A stretch of DNA of 64,000 bases from a bacterium (lineage in GTDB: Bacteria; Electryoneota; RPQS01): NCBI GenBank assembly GCA_026394155.1, contig JAPKYT010000117.1:1993-65992 (forward strand), written 5' to 3'. The notes under the pieces were generated by a model. That model did not search any database, was not told the DNA's origin, and was given only the letters and a program-made list of their open reading frames with translations. Positions 47,909 through 56,879 of the stretch are shown one piece after another; position 1 is the stretch's first letter; each line of letters opens with the position of its first letter. The translations under genes were made by a program, and so were the position numbers.

Positions 47909-49176
47909 GACAACAGCTCCACCGTAACCGGTTCGTCCTTGTCCAGCTTGACCGCCTCGGCAGGGAAGTGAACAAGACATTGCGCCGCGCAGAGTCCGCC
48001 TAACATGTGCGAATCCTGTCCGCCCGTGGGATAGGCAATGACACCGCCCTCTTCATAAGCTAATGTCGCGCGCACAAATTCGAGTCTGCCCGCGCGTTTT
48101 CGCAGCGGAGTGCCCATTCGCGCGGAAACCAGCAATGGCGAAACCTCTCGGGCGCCCATCAGAAGGAGCAGCGCCGGTCGCACGAAATGATGAAACGACA
48201 CGAGAGCGGACACCGGATTACCCGGCAAGCCGAAAAGCAAGCGAGTCTTTCCGCTCGCATCTTGGGCCGGCGCGGTCGCAAAGACATTGGGTTTGCCGGG
48301 CTTCATCGCCACTCTCGTAAAGTGCGTGTGTGCACCAACAGCCGCCAGCGCATCGCGCACAAAATCATAATCGCCAACCGACACTCCTCCGACGGTAATG
48401 ACCACGTCCGCTTCACTCACCGCCTGCCGCAGCACTTCAATCACGGCCTCGAGCTTGTCGGACACGTGACGCACGGAGCGCTCGCGAACACCCAAAGCAT
48501 GACAGGCAGCGGCCAGCGCCACCGAGTTGCCGTCATAGACGCCCGCTTCTCCTAACTCGCCTCCCGGCGCTACTAACTCGTCACCGGTCGAGATAATCGC
48601 CACGCGAGGCCGGGCATGAACAGCCACGCCCGTCATGCCCAAGCTAACAAGCTGCCCAAGAACGGGAGGCGAGCAGCGCGTGCCCGCACTCAAAACGGTC
48701 TGACCTTGACGATATTCACCGCCCGCGCGGCGAATGTTCTCGCCCGCTTGCGCGGAGCGATGCACGGTTACGGTTCCGCTCGACTCTTCGCAGAACTCGC
48801 GCATGACCGCGGCTTCCGTTCCCTGGGGAACGGGAGCGCCGGTCATGATCTTCACGGCTTCGCCCGCGCCCGGTCCGCGGCCTCCGGCCTCCCCCGCGCG
48901 AATAGTTCCCGCCAGACGGAGCGCAACCGGAGTCTCGTTGCTTGCCTTCTCAACGTCGGCCAAGCGAACGCAAAAACCGTCCACCGCCGAGTTGTCGAAA
49001 CGGGGCATGTCGAACGGGGCTTTGATTTCTTCGGCCAGAAACCGTCCCGCCGCCTCCTCCAACGCCACCGTCGCAATCGGCAGCGGATGCGCATGTTCGA
49101 TGACGAGTGATCGCGCCGCTTCAAACGAAATCACCGCTGGCGTTTCTCCTGTGCTGATGGATGACCTCCGCCCCAC
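47902..49176 (-). CDS. moeA: Molybdopterin molybdenumtransferase.
   Basis: MoeA domains with motifs FDNSAVDGF, GMTGV, ISTGDEL, ITVGGVSVGDYDF, FGLPGNPVSA. Confidence 0.9.
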   Translation of the reverse strand: MGRRSSISTGETPAVISFEAARSLVIEHAHPLPIATVALEEAAGRFLAEEIKAPFDMPRFDNSAVDGFCVRLADVEKASNETPVALRLAGTIRAGEAGGRGPGAGEAVKIMTGAPVPQGTEAAVMREFCEESSGTVTVHRSAQAGENIRRAGGEYRQGQTVLSAGTRCSPPVLGQLVSLGMTGVAVHARPRVAIISTGDELVAPGGELGEAGVYDGNSVALAAACHALGVRERSVRHVSDKLEAVIEVLRQAVSEADVVITVGGVSVGDYDFVRDALAAVGAHTHFTRVAMKPGKPNVFATAPAQDASGKTRLLFGLPGNPVSALVSFHHFVRPALLLLMGAREVSPLLVSARMGTPLRKRAGRLEFVRATLAYEEGGVIAYPTGGQDSHMLGGLCAAQCLVHFPAEAVKLDKDEPVTVELLSW

Positions 49177-50066
49177 AGCATGGCGAAGGCATGCCGAAGT
49201 CCCGGAAACAGCGCGTCCAGAGATTCAGCTGCGCCGCGCTTAGAGCCGGGCAAGTTGATGATGATGGTGCGCCCGCGTAGGCCCGCCTTGCCGCGCGAAA
49301 GCATGGCGAACGGTGTTCGTTCCTGCCCATAAGACCGCAACACCTCGGGAATGCCCGGGATCTCGCGCTCGATGACGTGCATCATCGCTTCCGGCGTCGT
49401 GTCGCGCGGGCCGAAACCGGTGCCGCCGGTGGTGACGACCAGATCAAGATGCATCGTATCGGCGTAGCGAATCAGCGTATCGCGAATCTGCGCGGCATCG
49501 TCGGGAATAACACGGTAATCTTCGACCGCAAATCCCTCCGCCTTAAGCCGCTGCTCGATGAGCCGTCCTGAAAGATCATCATTCTTTCCGGCGGCAATCG
49601 TATCCGACATCACTAACACGGCAGCGCGCAAGGGTTTCTCGAACTCTTCGCGGTAATCCGATTTTCCGCCCTTCTTATCAATAAGTTTCACCGCGCGAAT
49701 CTCCAGCGTATCATCCAGCATCTTCAGCATGTCGTAGAGAGTCAGCGCCGCCACCGAGGCGGCGGTCAGCGCCTCCATTTCCACGCCGGTCTTGTAGATC
49801 GCCTTGACCGTAGCGGAAATCACGATCTCCTTTTCGCCTAACTCAAATTCTACACCCACAAAATCCACCGGCAGCGGATGACAGAAGGGAATAATCTGCC
49901 ACGCGCACTTGGCCGCCTGAATCGCCGCCACCCTCGCGACCTCGAGCGGATTGCCCTTGGGAACGTCGTTCCGCTGGATGCGACCCAGCGTTTCCGGTCT
50001 CATCGTGACCGTTGCTTGCGCGACCGCCGTGCGAAACGTCTTTGTTTTCCTCGAAATGTCCAGCAT
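49131..50066 (-). CDS. moaC: Bifunctional fusion of cyclic pyranopterin monophosphate synthase MoaC and MoaB/MogA-type molybdopterin adenylyltransferase.
   Basis: N-terminal MoaC (GNPLEVARVAAIQAAK...FCHPLP...EMEALTAASVAALTLYDM) fused to a MogA/MoaB domain (AAVLVMSDT...GGTGFGPRDTTPEA...INLPGSKRGA). Start at MLDISRK (50066); the ORF-track extension overlapping moaA is rejected. Confidence 0.88.
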   Translation of the reverse strand: MLDISRKTKTFRTAVAQATVTMRPETLGRIQRNDVPKGNPLEVARVAAIQAAKCAWQIIPFCHPLPVDFVGVEFELGEKEIVISATVKAIYKTGVEMEALTAASVAALTLYDMLKMLDDTLEIRAVKLIDKKGGKSDYREEFEKPLRAAVLVMSDTIAAGKNDDLSGRLIEQRLKAEGFAVEDYRVIPDDAAQIRDTLIRYADTMHLDLVVTTGGTGFGPRDTTPEAMMHVIEREIPGIPEVLRSYGQERTPFAMLSRGKAGLRGRTIIINLPGSKRGAAESLDALFPGLRHAFAMLWGGGHPSAQEKRQR

Positions 50067-50068
50067 CG

Positions 50069-51046
50069 TCAACCTCCGATAGCGGTCATGCAGCGGTTCT
50101 CGACTTCGGCCAGATCGCATTCCGGCGGATGGGCGAAATCTTTCCCGGCCAGCGCCGAGCGAACCAGTTCAGCCAAGGTGTCTTCGCCGGCCCCGGCGCG
50201 CAGCGCGTCACGCAAGCTCACTTCCGCGCCGCGCAGCAGGCAGGACTTGATGGCGCCGTCGGCTGTCAGCCGCACCCGGTTGCAGCCGCCGCAGAATTGT
50301 GCGGTCAAGGGCGAGATGAAACTGATCCAGCCGGCGGCGTCCGGCAAATCGAAGTCGCGCGCCACGTCGCTGCTCCCGTTCGCGCGCGGCGTCAGCGCAT
50401 GGTGCTCTTCGATGATGCTCTTGGCCGTGCTCCACGGCACCACCCGCTCGCGCTGCCACCCGTTTCCGGTGAACGGCATAAACTCGATGAAGCGCACGTT
50501 GACCGGCTTGGCGCGCGCCAGCTGTGCGAAATCGCAGAGTTCGTCGTCGTTCACGCCCTTCAGCACGACCACGTTAATCTTCAGCGGCCGAAAGCCCGCA
50601 TCAATCGCCGTGTCTATCCCGGCCAGAACATCCGCCAGACGGTCGCGCTTGGTGATTTCGATGAAGCGATTCGGGCGCAGTGTGTCCAAGCTCACGTTCA
50701 GCGCCTGCAACCCCGCGGCGCGCAACGCGTGCGCCTTTTCCCGCAGGCGCGCGCCGTTGGTGGTCATGCCGAGTGTTTTCAATCCCGGAAGCCGTGCTAA
50801 CTTCGCCACCAGCCACTCGATATTGTCGCGCACGGTGGGTTCGCCGCCGGTAAGACGGACTTTTTCGATGCCCAGCCCCACCATCAGGCCGGCGATGCGC
50901 ACAATCTCCTCCAGAGAGAGAATCTCCGGCCGCGGCCGCCAGCGAAAATCCACCGCCGGCATGCAATACACGCAGCGCAGATTGCAGCGATCCGTCACCG
51001 CGATGCGCAGATAAGTGTGCCGCCGGCCGAATCCGTCAGTGAGCAT
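50069..51046 (-). CDS. moaA: GTP 3',8-cyclase (radical SAM).
   Basis: CNLRCVYC radical-SAM motif, GGEPT, and C-terminal Cys cluster CGGCNRVRLTADG. Confidence 0.92.
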   Translation of the reverse strand: MLTDGFGRRHTYLRIAVTDRCNLRCVYCMPAVDFRWRPRPEILSLEEIVRIAGLMVGLGIEKVRLTGGEPTVRDNIEWLVAKLARLPGLKTLGMTTNGARLREKAHALRAAGLQALNVSLDTLRPNRFIEITKRDRLADVLAGIDTAIDAGFRPLKINVVVLKGVNDDELCDFAQLARAKPVNVRFIEFMPFTGNGWQRERVVPWSTAKSIIEEHHALTPRANGSSDVARDFDLPDAAGWISFISPLTAQFCGGCNRVRLTADGAIKSCLLRGAEVSLRDALRAGAGEDTLAELVRSALAGKDFAHPPECDLAEVENRCMTAIGG

Positions 51047-51677
51047 GGCCGCGCTCCCGCATGCGCCGATTGAGTTCGGCCAGTTCCGACGGAGTGTTCA
51101 CGCTGGTCAATAGCTTCTCTTCTTCAACGGCGATTTCGATCCACTGCGGAGACACCGCCGCCATGAGCGCGCGCAGCGAGCGGTCGGGCGAGGCCAGAAT
51201 GCGTTGTACGTCTTCAAGCAGAGAGGCGGGAAGATGAGCGGGCAGTGGCAAAACCGAACTGATGCGCGCCGCCCGGAAAAAATGCGGTCGCTGTGCGTCA
51301 CCCTCCACCAGGCGGCGCAGCAGCATCACGCTGAGCAGCGGCTGATCGCAGGCGGCCACGATGTAGCGGTTGTCAAGGCCGCTGGCCAGCAGTGCCTCTA
51401 TTCCGGACAGCGGTCCCAGTCCCCCTTTTCGGTCAGGAATCCGAACCACGCGCGCACCGGCTTGCAGGCTAAGTGAACTGTCCGCTCCCACCACGACCAC
51501 CCGCGGACAGACTGTTAGCAGTGTGTCCAGCAGGTGCTCGATCATGGTGCGACCGTCCCAAAGCCGCACGGCCGCCTTGGGCTTTCCCATCCGCGCGCTC
51601 TGTCCTCCGGCCAAAATCGCCCCGCTGGGAAAGCTCGCCTGATCCGAAACCTGTTGATTCGCCGTCACTAAGCCCAT
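51036..51677 (-). CDS. mobA: Molybdenum cofactor guanylyltransferase.
   Basis: GAILAGGQSARMG (nucleotide-binding loop) and MobA-like fold. Overlaps moaA by 11 nt. Confidence 0.8.
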   Translation of the reverse strand: MGLVTANQQVSDQASFPSGAILAGGQSARMGKPKAAVRLWDGRTMIEHLLDTLLTVCPRVVVVGADSSLSLQAGARVVRIPDRKGGLGPLSGIEALLASGLDNRYIVAACDQPLLSVMLLRRLVEGDAQRPHFFRAARISSVLPLPAHLPASLLEDVQRILASPDRSLRALMAAVSPQWIEIAVEEEKLLTSVNTPSELAELNRRMRERGHAH

Positions 51678-51819
51678 GCCCTCGGTATCCAGAACTAACT
51701 AACCAATGTACAACAACGATTTATCAAGGTCAACGACCGGCAACCCCTTGCCAATCCGCGAATCTTTCCACATATTGACGTGACCGAAAGCCCCGCACTG
51801 CACCGATCACAGCCCGTCC

Positions 51820-54021
51820 ATGAATCCCATCACCCGCCGCCGGTTCCTGAAAATCACCGGAACATCTCTCGGCGCGGCCGCCGCCGCCAAGACGCTGAGT
51901 GTCCTGCCCGGAACTGCCCACGCGCTGGAAAAGGCCGCCGCGCCTTCCGGCGTGCAGGTGATTCCTACTTTCTGCGACGTTTGCTTCTGGAAGTGCGGCG
52001 CGCTCGCCTACGTGCGAGACGGCAAACTGTGGAAGGTGGAGGGCAATCCCGAAGATCCTCTGAGCCGCGGCCGTCTGTGCCCGCGCGGCACCGGCGGCAT
52101 CGGCGCGCATTATGATCCGGACCGCCTCACCTCGCCACTTCTCCGCCGCAGTTCGCGCGGCAAAGAGGAGTGGGTGGAGGTCACTTGGGATGAAGCCCTC
52201 GACTATATTGCCGAGCGCATGCAAGCCATCAAGGCGAAGTACGGCCCCGAGTCCGTTGCGCTTTTCACTCACGGCATCGGCGGCAATTTCCTCAGGCACG
52301 CGGTGCGCGCCTACGGTTCACCGAATATCGCCGCGCCATCTTTTGCCCAGTGCCGCGGCCCGCGCGACGTGGGATTCCGGCTCACCTTCGGCGAAGACGT
52401 CGGTTCGCCCGAGCGCACCGATATCGCCAACGCGCGCTGCATCGTTCTCATCGGCTCGCACCTCGGCGAGAACATGCACAACACGCAGGTTCAGGAGTTT
52501 TCGGAGGCGATGGCCGCCGGTGCGAGCCTCATCGTGGTGGATCCGCGGCTTTCCGTCGCCGCCGGCAAGGCCAAGTGGTACCTGCCCATCAAACCCGGCA
52601 CCGACATGGCTCTCCTCTTGGCGTGGATGAATGTCTTGCTGCGCGAGAATCTCTACGACAGGGAATACGTGGCGGCTCACGGGTTCGGCTTCGAGCAGTT
52701 TGCCGCCGGGATCGTGGATTTCACGCCCGAGTGGGCTTATCCCGAAACGGGAATTCCGCCGGAGGTCATTCGCGAAACCGCGCGCGAGATGGCCCGCTAT
52801 CGTCCGGCCACGCTCGTTCACCCCGGCCGGCATGTCACGTGGTACGGCGACGATGCCCAGCGCAGTCGGGCCATTGCGCTCCTCAACGCGCTGCTCGGCA
52901 GTTGGGGCCGCAAGGGCGGATTCTACTATCCGCAGAGTATGGACGTGCCCGCCTACCCGTATCCGCCTTACCCGAAATCCGAGAAAGGCAAGGTGGACAA
53001 TCCCAATAATAAATATCCGTTCGCCGACGAAACCCTCACCACGGGCATTCGCGAGGCCACCATCAGCGGCAAACCTTACCCGGTGAAGGGCTGGCTGGTT
53101 TACGCCACCAATCTCATCCATGCGTTGCCCAACGAAGCGGAAACGATCTGCGCCCTGCAGGAACTCGATCTGCTCGCAGTGGTGGATGTCATTCCCAGTG
53201 AAATCGCCGGCTGGGCGGATGTGGTGCTGCCCGAGTCCATCTACCTCGAACGCTATGATGATCTGAACGTGGAGTGGTTCCGCCAGCCGTTCATTGCGCT
53301 GCGCCAGCCTGTGGTGAACTCGCCGCACAACCAAAAACCCAACTGGTGGATTGCCAGGAAACTCGCCGACAAACTCGGTCTCGGCGAGTACTTTCCGTGG
53401 AAAGACATCGAGGAATACCTGCAATACCGCTTGGACAAAGCGGGCTACAGCTTCGATGAGCTGAAACGCAAGGGCATCATCCGAGGCGAGAAACAGCCCA
53501 TCTATTTCGATGAGGGCGTGCCCGCCGAGTTCGCCACACCCTCGGGCAAGATCGAATTCTACAGCCTGCAACTCGCGCAGGCCGGATTCGATCCGGTTCC
53601 CCAATACGCACGTCCCGCCGAGCCGCCGCCGGGCTACTTCCGCCTGCTTTACGGCCGCGCTCCCGTGCACTCGTTCAGCCGCACGCAATCGAATCGGCTG
53701 CTCATGGACATGCTGCCCGAAAACGATGTGTGGGTCAACGCCGATGTGGCCGCCCGCCGGGGTTTGAAGAGCGGAGACTACGTGCGACTGAAGAATCAGG
53801 ACGGCGTGCTGAGCAACCGCATTCGCGTCAAGGCTACGCAGCGCATCCGGCCCGATTGTGTCTATATGGTGCACGGCTTCGGCCATACCGCCAAGGGCTT
53901 GCGTTTCGCCCGCGACAAAGGAGCCAGCGATGCACAGCTTCTCACCCGCTATCAGACCGATCCTCTCATGGGCGGCACCGGGATGAACGTCAACTTCGTG
54001 ACTTTCGAGCTTGAGGCATAG
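51820..54021 (+). CDS. psrA: Molybdopterin oxidoreductase catalytic subunit, polysulfide/thiosulfate/tetrathionate-reductase-like (PsrA/PhsA-type), Tat-exported.
   Basis: Tat signal MNPITRRRFLKITGTSLGAAAAAKT. 4Fe-4S motif CDVCFWKCG...C. Molybdopterin-binding domains. 733 aa, typical of the Psr/Phs/Ttr clade. Substrate not determinable from sequence. Confidence 0.8.
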   Translation: MNPITRRRFLKITGTSLGAAAAAKTLSVLPGTAHALEKAAAPSGVQVIPTFCDVCFWKCGALAYVRDGKLWKVEGNPEDPLSRGRLCPRGTGGIGAHYDPDRLTSPLLRRSSRGKEEWVEVTWDEALDYIAERMQAIKAKYGPESVALFTHGIGGNFLRHAVRAYGSPNIAAPSFAQCRGPRDVGFRLTFGEDVGSPERTDIANARCIVLIGSHLGENMHNTQVQEFSEAMAAGASLIVVDPRLSVAAGKAKWYLPIKPGTDMALLLAWMNVLLRENLYDREYVAAHGFGFEQFAAGIVDFTPEWAYPETGIPPEVIRETAREMARYRPATLVHPGRHVTWYGDDAQRSRAIALLNALLGSWGRKGGFYYPQSMDVPAYPYPPYPKSEKGKVDNPNNKYPFADETLTTGIREATISGKPYPVKGWLVYATNLIHALPNEAETICALQELDLLAVVDVIPSEIAGWADVVLPESIYLERYDDLNVEWFRQPFIALRQPVVNSPHNQKPNWWIARKLADKLGLGEYFPWKDIEEYLQYRLDKAGYSFDELKRKGIIRGEKQPIYFDEGVPAEFATPSGKIEFYSLQLAQAGFDPVPQYARPAEPPPGYFRLLYGRAPVHSFSRTQSNRLLMDMLPENDVWVNADVAARRGLKSGDYVRLKNQDGVLSNRIRVKATQRIRPDCVYMVHGFGHTAKGLRFARDKGASDAQLLTRYQTDPLMGGTGMNVNFVTFELEA

Positions 54022-54023
54022 GC

Positions 54024-54563
54024 ATGGCGCGCTTCGCCATGGTCATTGACACCCGCCAATGCGTCGGCTGCATGGACTGTGTGGTCGCCTGCAAGACCGA
54101 AAACGGCGTGCCCGAGGGCTTCAATCGCGACTGGATTGTGCAGGATGTGAACGGCATTTATCCCACGCTGCACATGGAAATTCGCAGCGAGCGCTGTAAT
54201 CACTGCGACAATCCTCCCTGCGTCTACTGCTGTCCGACGGGAGCCAGCCACGTGCACGATCTGGGCGGCGTGGTGCTGGTGCATCACGAAAAGTGCATCG
54301 GCTGCAAGGCCTGCCTCGCCGCTTGTCCCTATGATGCGCGCTTTGTCCATCCCGAAGGTTACGCCGACAAATGCACTTTCTGCATTCATCGCGTGGAGAA
54401 GGGACTTCAGCCGTCGTGCGTGGCCGTGTGCCCCACCTACTGCATGTATTTCGGCGATCTCGATGATCCCTTGAGCGAAGTCAGTCTGCTTCTAACCTCG
54501 CGGAAATATCACCTGCTGCTTCCCGAAACCGGAACCCAGCCGCACATCTACTATCTCACCTAA
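54024..54563 (+). CDS. psrB: 4Fe-4S ferredoxin-type electron-transfer subunit (PsrB/DmsB-like).
   Basis: Four Cys clusters: CVGCMDCVVAC, CNHCDNPPCVYCCP, CIGCKACLAACP, CTFC...C. Confidence 0.88.
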   Translation: MARFAMVIDTRQCVGCMDCVVACKTENGVPEGFNRDWIVQDVNGIYPTLHMEIRSERCNHCDNPPCVYCCPTGASHVHDLGGVVLVHHEKCIGCKACLAACPYDARFVHPEGYADKCTFCIHRVEKGLQPSCVAVCPTYCMYFGDLDDPLSEVSLLLTSRKYHLLLPETGTQPHIYYLT

Positions 54564-54581
54564 GCCGTTATTGCCGAGGTC

Positions 54582-54698
54582 GTAGGGTCGGTCTGTGACC
54601 GATGCCTCAAGACGCGGGTCGCAGACGGCGCGATTGCCGGGGTGGTAGGGTCGGTCTGCGACCGACGCCTCGAGACGCGGGTCGCAGACCCGCCCTAC
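54582..54698. repeat. Tandem pair of REP/MITE-like double-hairpin elements, copy C.
   Basis: Two units of gtagggTCGGTCTG[T/C]GACCGA-spacer-GCGGGTCGCAGAC(CCGC)cctac. Each arm is a perfect hairpin (TCGGTC-TGC-GACCGA; GCGGGTC-GCA-GACCCGC). They lie between psrB and the BNR T9SS gene. Confidence 0.75.
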
Positions 54699-54723
54699 TC
54701 AACCCCAAAGAAAAGGGGCATGT

Positions 54724-56862
54724 ATGAAACCGTCTGTGCTCTCTTGGAGTCTGTCGGCTCTGCTCGCACTTTCGCTGCACGCAGGGGCGGAAGTCTGGGA
54801 ATGGCAAAACCCTCTGCCGGCAGGAAACAATCTGGAAGGCGTGGCCTTCACGGATTCGCTGACAGGGTGGATGGTCGGGGGATACGGCACCGTGTTCCAC
54901 ACGACCGACGGCGGTGTCACGTGGAACACGTGGAGTGTGCCCACGCTGGCGCATCTTCAAGCCGTCTCCTTTGCCGACGCTCGCAACGGCTGGATTGCCG
55001 GCTGGGACTGGGCCACGCAGCGCGGGATTATCCTTCACACCACCAACGGCGGCGCTTCGTGGACAACGCGCTCCTCGCAGTGGGATCCGTGGTGGGAAAA
55101 AGTCGTCTGCGTGGACAGTCTCTCGGCGTGGGCCTGCGGATGGGGAACCATTCTGCAAACCACCAACGGCGGAGCCACGTGGCTGACACGTTTCGATGAT
55201 CTCTACTTGTCTTTCTATGGGATGACGGTGGTTGACGACTCCAACGTATGGGTCGCCGGCTACGATGCGCTCTCTTCCGAAGGCTGCGTGCTGCGCACGA
55301 CCGACGGCGGAGTGAATTGGGATGTGCTCTGGCCGTCCGGCGCCACGTATCTTTGGGATGCCGCCTTTGTGAGTGCCGACACGGGCTTTGTCGTCAGCTT
55401 CTATGGACAACTTTTTCGAACCGGCGATGCTGGTCAAACATGGTCTGCCAGCGTGCCCGGATCGGGCGGCACTCTGGTCAGTGTGTGCTTTGCCGATTCC
55501 CGCAACGGTTGGCTCACTGGCACCAATGGCCGCGTGCTGCACACCACGGATGGGGGCGAGAGCTGGGCACAAACTTCCGTCGGCACGCATTGCTTCCTCA
55601 CCGATATCTGTTTCACCGATTCCACGCGCGGCTGGGCCTGCGGCGAGGGAAGCGGCCGCTTCCGTTCCACCGACGGTGGCCAAACGTGGTCTCGCTTCGG
55701 CAGCGGAGTTGACGCCACGCTCACGGGCGTTTCCTTTGCGGATGCATTCAACGGCTGGGCCGTCGGAGGCTACGGCGTGATCCTCCACACCACCAACGGC
55801 GGCCAAGCTTGGCAGCAGCAGGTCAGCGGCCTTCAAACTTGGATTTCCGATGTCGCCTTCGTGAATACTCTGACCGGTTGGGCCGTGGCCTATGGAACCA
55901 TCATTCACACCTCCGATGGGGGCGGTTCGTGGCAGGCTCAAATCAGCGGATTGAACGCCTCATTCAGCACTGTGGACTTCGCCGACACTCTTTCCGGATG
56001 GGCTGTCACCTACGACGCGACCATCTTCCACACGAGCGATGGCGGCGCGGTCTGGACTCCGCAAGCGAGCGGCGTCACGACGGAACTCTGGAACGTGGAT
56101 GCCGTGGACTCGCTGAATGCGTGGGCCGTTGGTTACGGTGGCACTTGGCCGTACACGGGATACCTGCTGCGAACCACCAACGGCGGCCAGGACTGGTCGG
56201 TTCAATCCACCCGCAACAACGTCTACTGGTTGGGTGTGAGTTTCGCCGAAAACGGCCACGGCTACATCGTCGGTGCCGACAATCAAAGAGGAAGTGGGGA
56301 GATCTGGCAAACTTACGACAACGGTCTGCATTGGTCCGCGATGCAATTGAACGCTCCCGGAACCGTCCTCTACAATGTGAAATGCCGCGGGGAAACCGCT
56401 GTGGTCGTCGGGCAATGGGGTTTCATTAAGCGAACGGCAGACGGCGGCGTGAACTGGTCGCGGGATACGAGCTACACGGACAACCTGCTGGAGGATGTGG
56501 CTCTCGCCGATGGCGGTCACGCCTGGGTCGTCGGCGAGGGAGGAACGATCCTGCACAGCCTTTCACCCAGCGCAGCGGAGTATCTCCCTCCCGCGGTGGC
56601 AAGCTCCTACGAACTGCGCGCCTTTCCCAATCCGTTCAACCCGCTGACCACCGTCACGGTGAGCCTGCCCGCTTCAGGCCGGGCCCGCGTGGATGTCTTC
56701 GACGTCACCGGCCGCCTGCGGCGAACACTGGTCAACACAGCGCTCTCCGGCGGCACGCACACCTTTGTCTTTGACGCGTCCGATTGGCCCAGCGGTGTTT
56801 ACTTCGCCCGTCTCACTGCCGGAGAGCGATCCCGCACGCTCAGGCTTCATCTCCTGAAGTAA
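54724..56862 (+). CDS. T9SS-sorted BNR/Ycf48-like beta-propeller repeat protein, inserted between psrB and psrC.
   Basis: Signal peptide. About 11 repeats of the [IVL][LF][HR]T[TS][DN]GGxxW[ST] type (BNR/Asp-box, Ycf48-like). CTD YELRAFPNPFNPLTTVTVSLP...SGVYFARLT...RLHLLK. Confidence 0.8.
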   Translation: MKPSVLSWSLSALLALSLHAGAEVWEWQNPLPAGNNLEGVAFTDSLTGWMVGGYGTVFHTTDGGVTWNTWSVPTLAHLQAVSFADARNGWIAGWDWATQRGIILHTTNGGASWTTRSSQWDPWWEKVVCVDSLSAWACGWGTILQTTNGGATWLTRFDDLYLSFYGMTVVDDSNVWVAGYDALSSEGCVLRTTDGGVNWDVLWPSGATYLWDAAFVSADTGFVVSFYGQLFRTGDAGQTWSASVPGSGGTLVSVCFADSRNGWLTGTNGRVLHTTDGGESWAQTSVGTHCFLTDICFTDSTRGWACGEGSGRFRSTDGGQTWSRFGSGVDATLTGVSFADAFNGWAVGGYGVILHTTNGGQAWQQQVSGLQTWISDVAFVNTLTGWAVAYGTIIHTSDGGGSWQAQISGLNASFSTVDFADTLSGWAVTYDATIFHTSDGGAVWTPQASGVTTELWNVDAVDSLNAWAVGYGGTWPYTGYLLRTTNGGQDWSVQSTRNNVYWLGVSFAENGHGYIVGADNQRGSGEIWQTYDNGLHWSAMQLNAPGTVLYNVKCRGETAVVVGQWGFIKRTADGGVNWSRDTSYTDNLLEDVALADGGHAWVVGEGGTILHSLSPSAAEYLPPAVASSYELRAFPNPFNPLTTVTVSLPASGRARVDVFDVTGRLRRTLVNTALSGGTHTFVFDASDWPSGVYFARLTAGERSRTLRLHLLK

Positions 56863-56879
56863 CGACACGCAAACCCGCC

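Noticed and set aside
52318-53886. 522-aa minus-strand ORF antisense to psrA
   Set aside because: psrA on the plus strand has a Tat signal, FeS and molybdopterin motifs; the antisense ORF has none.
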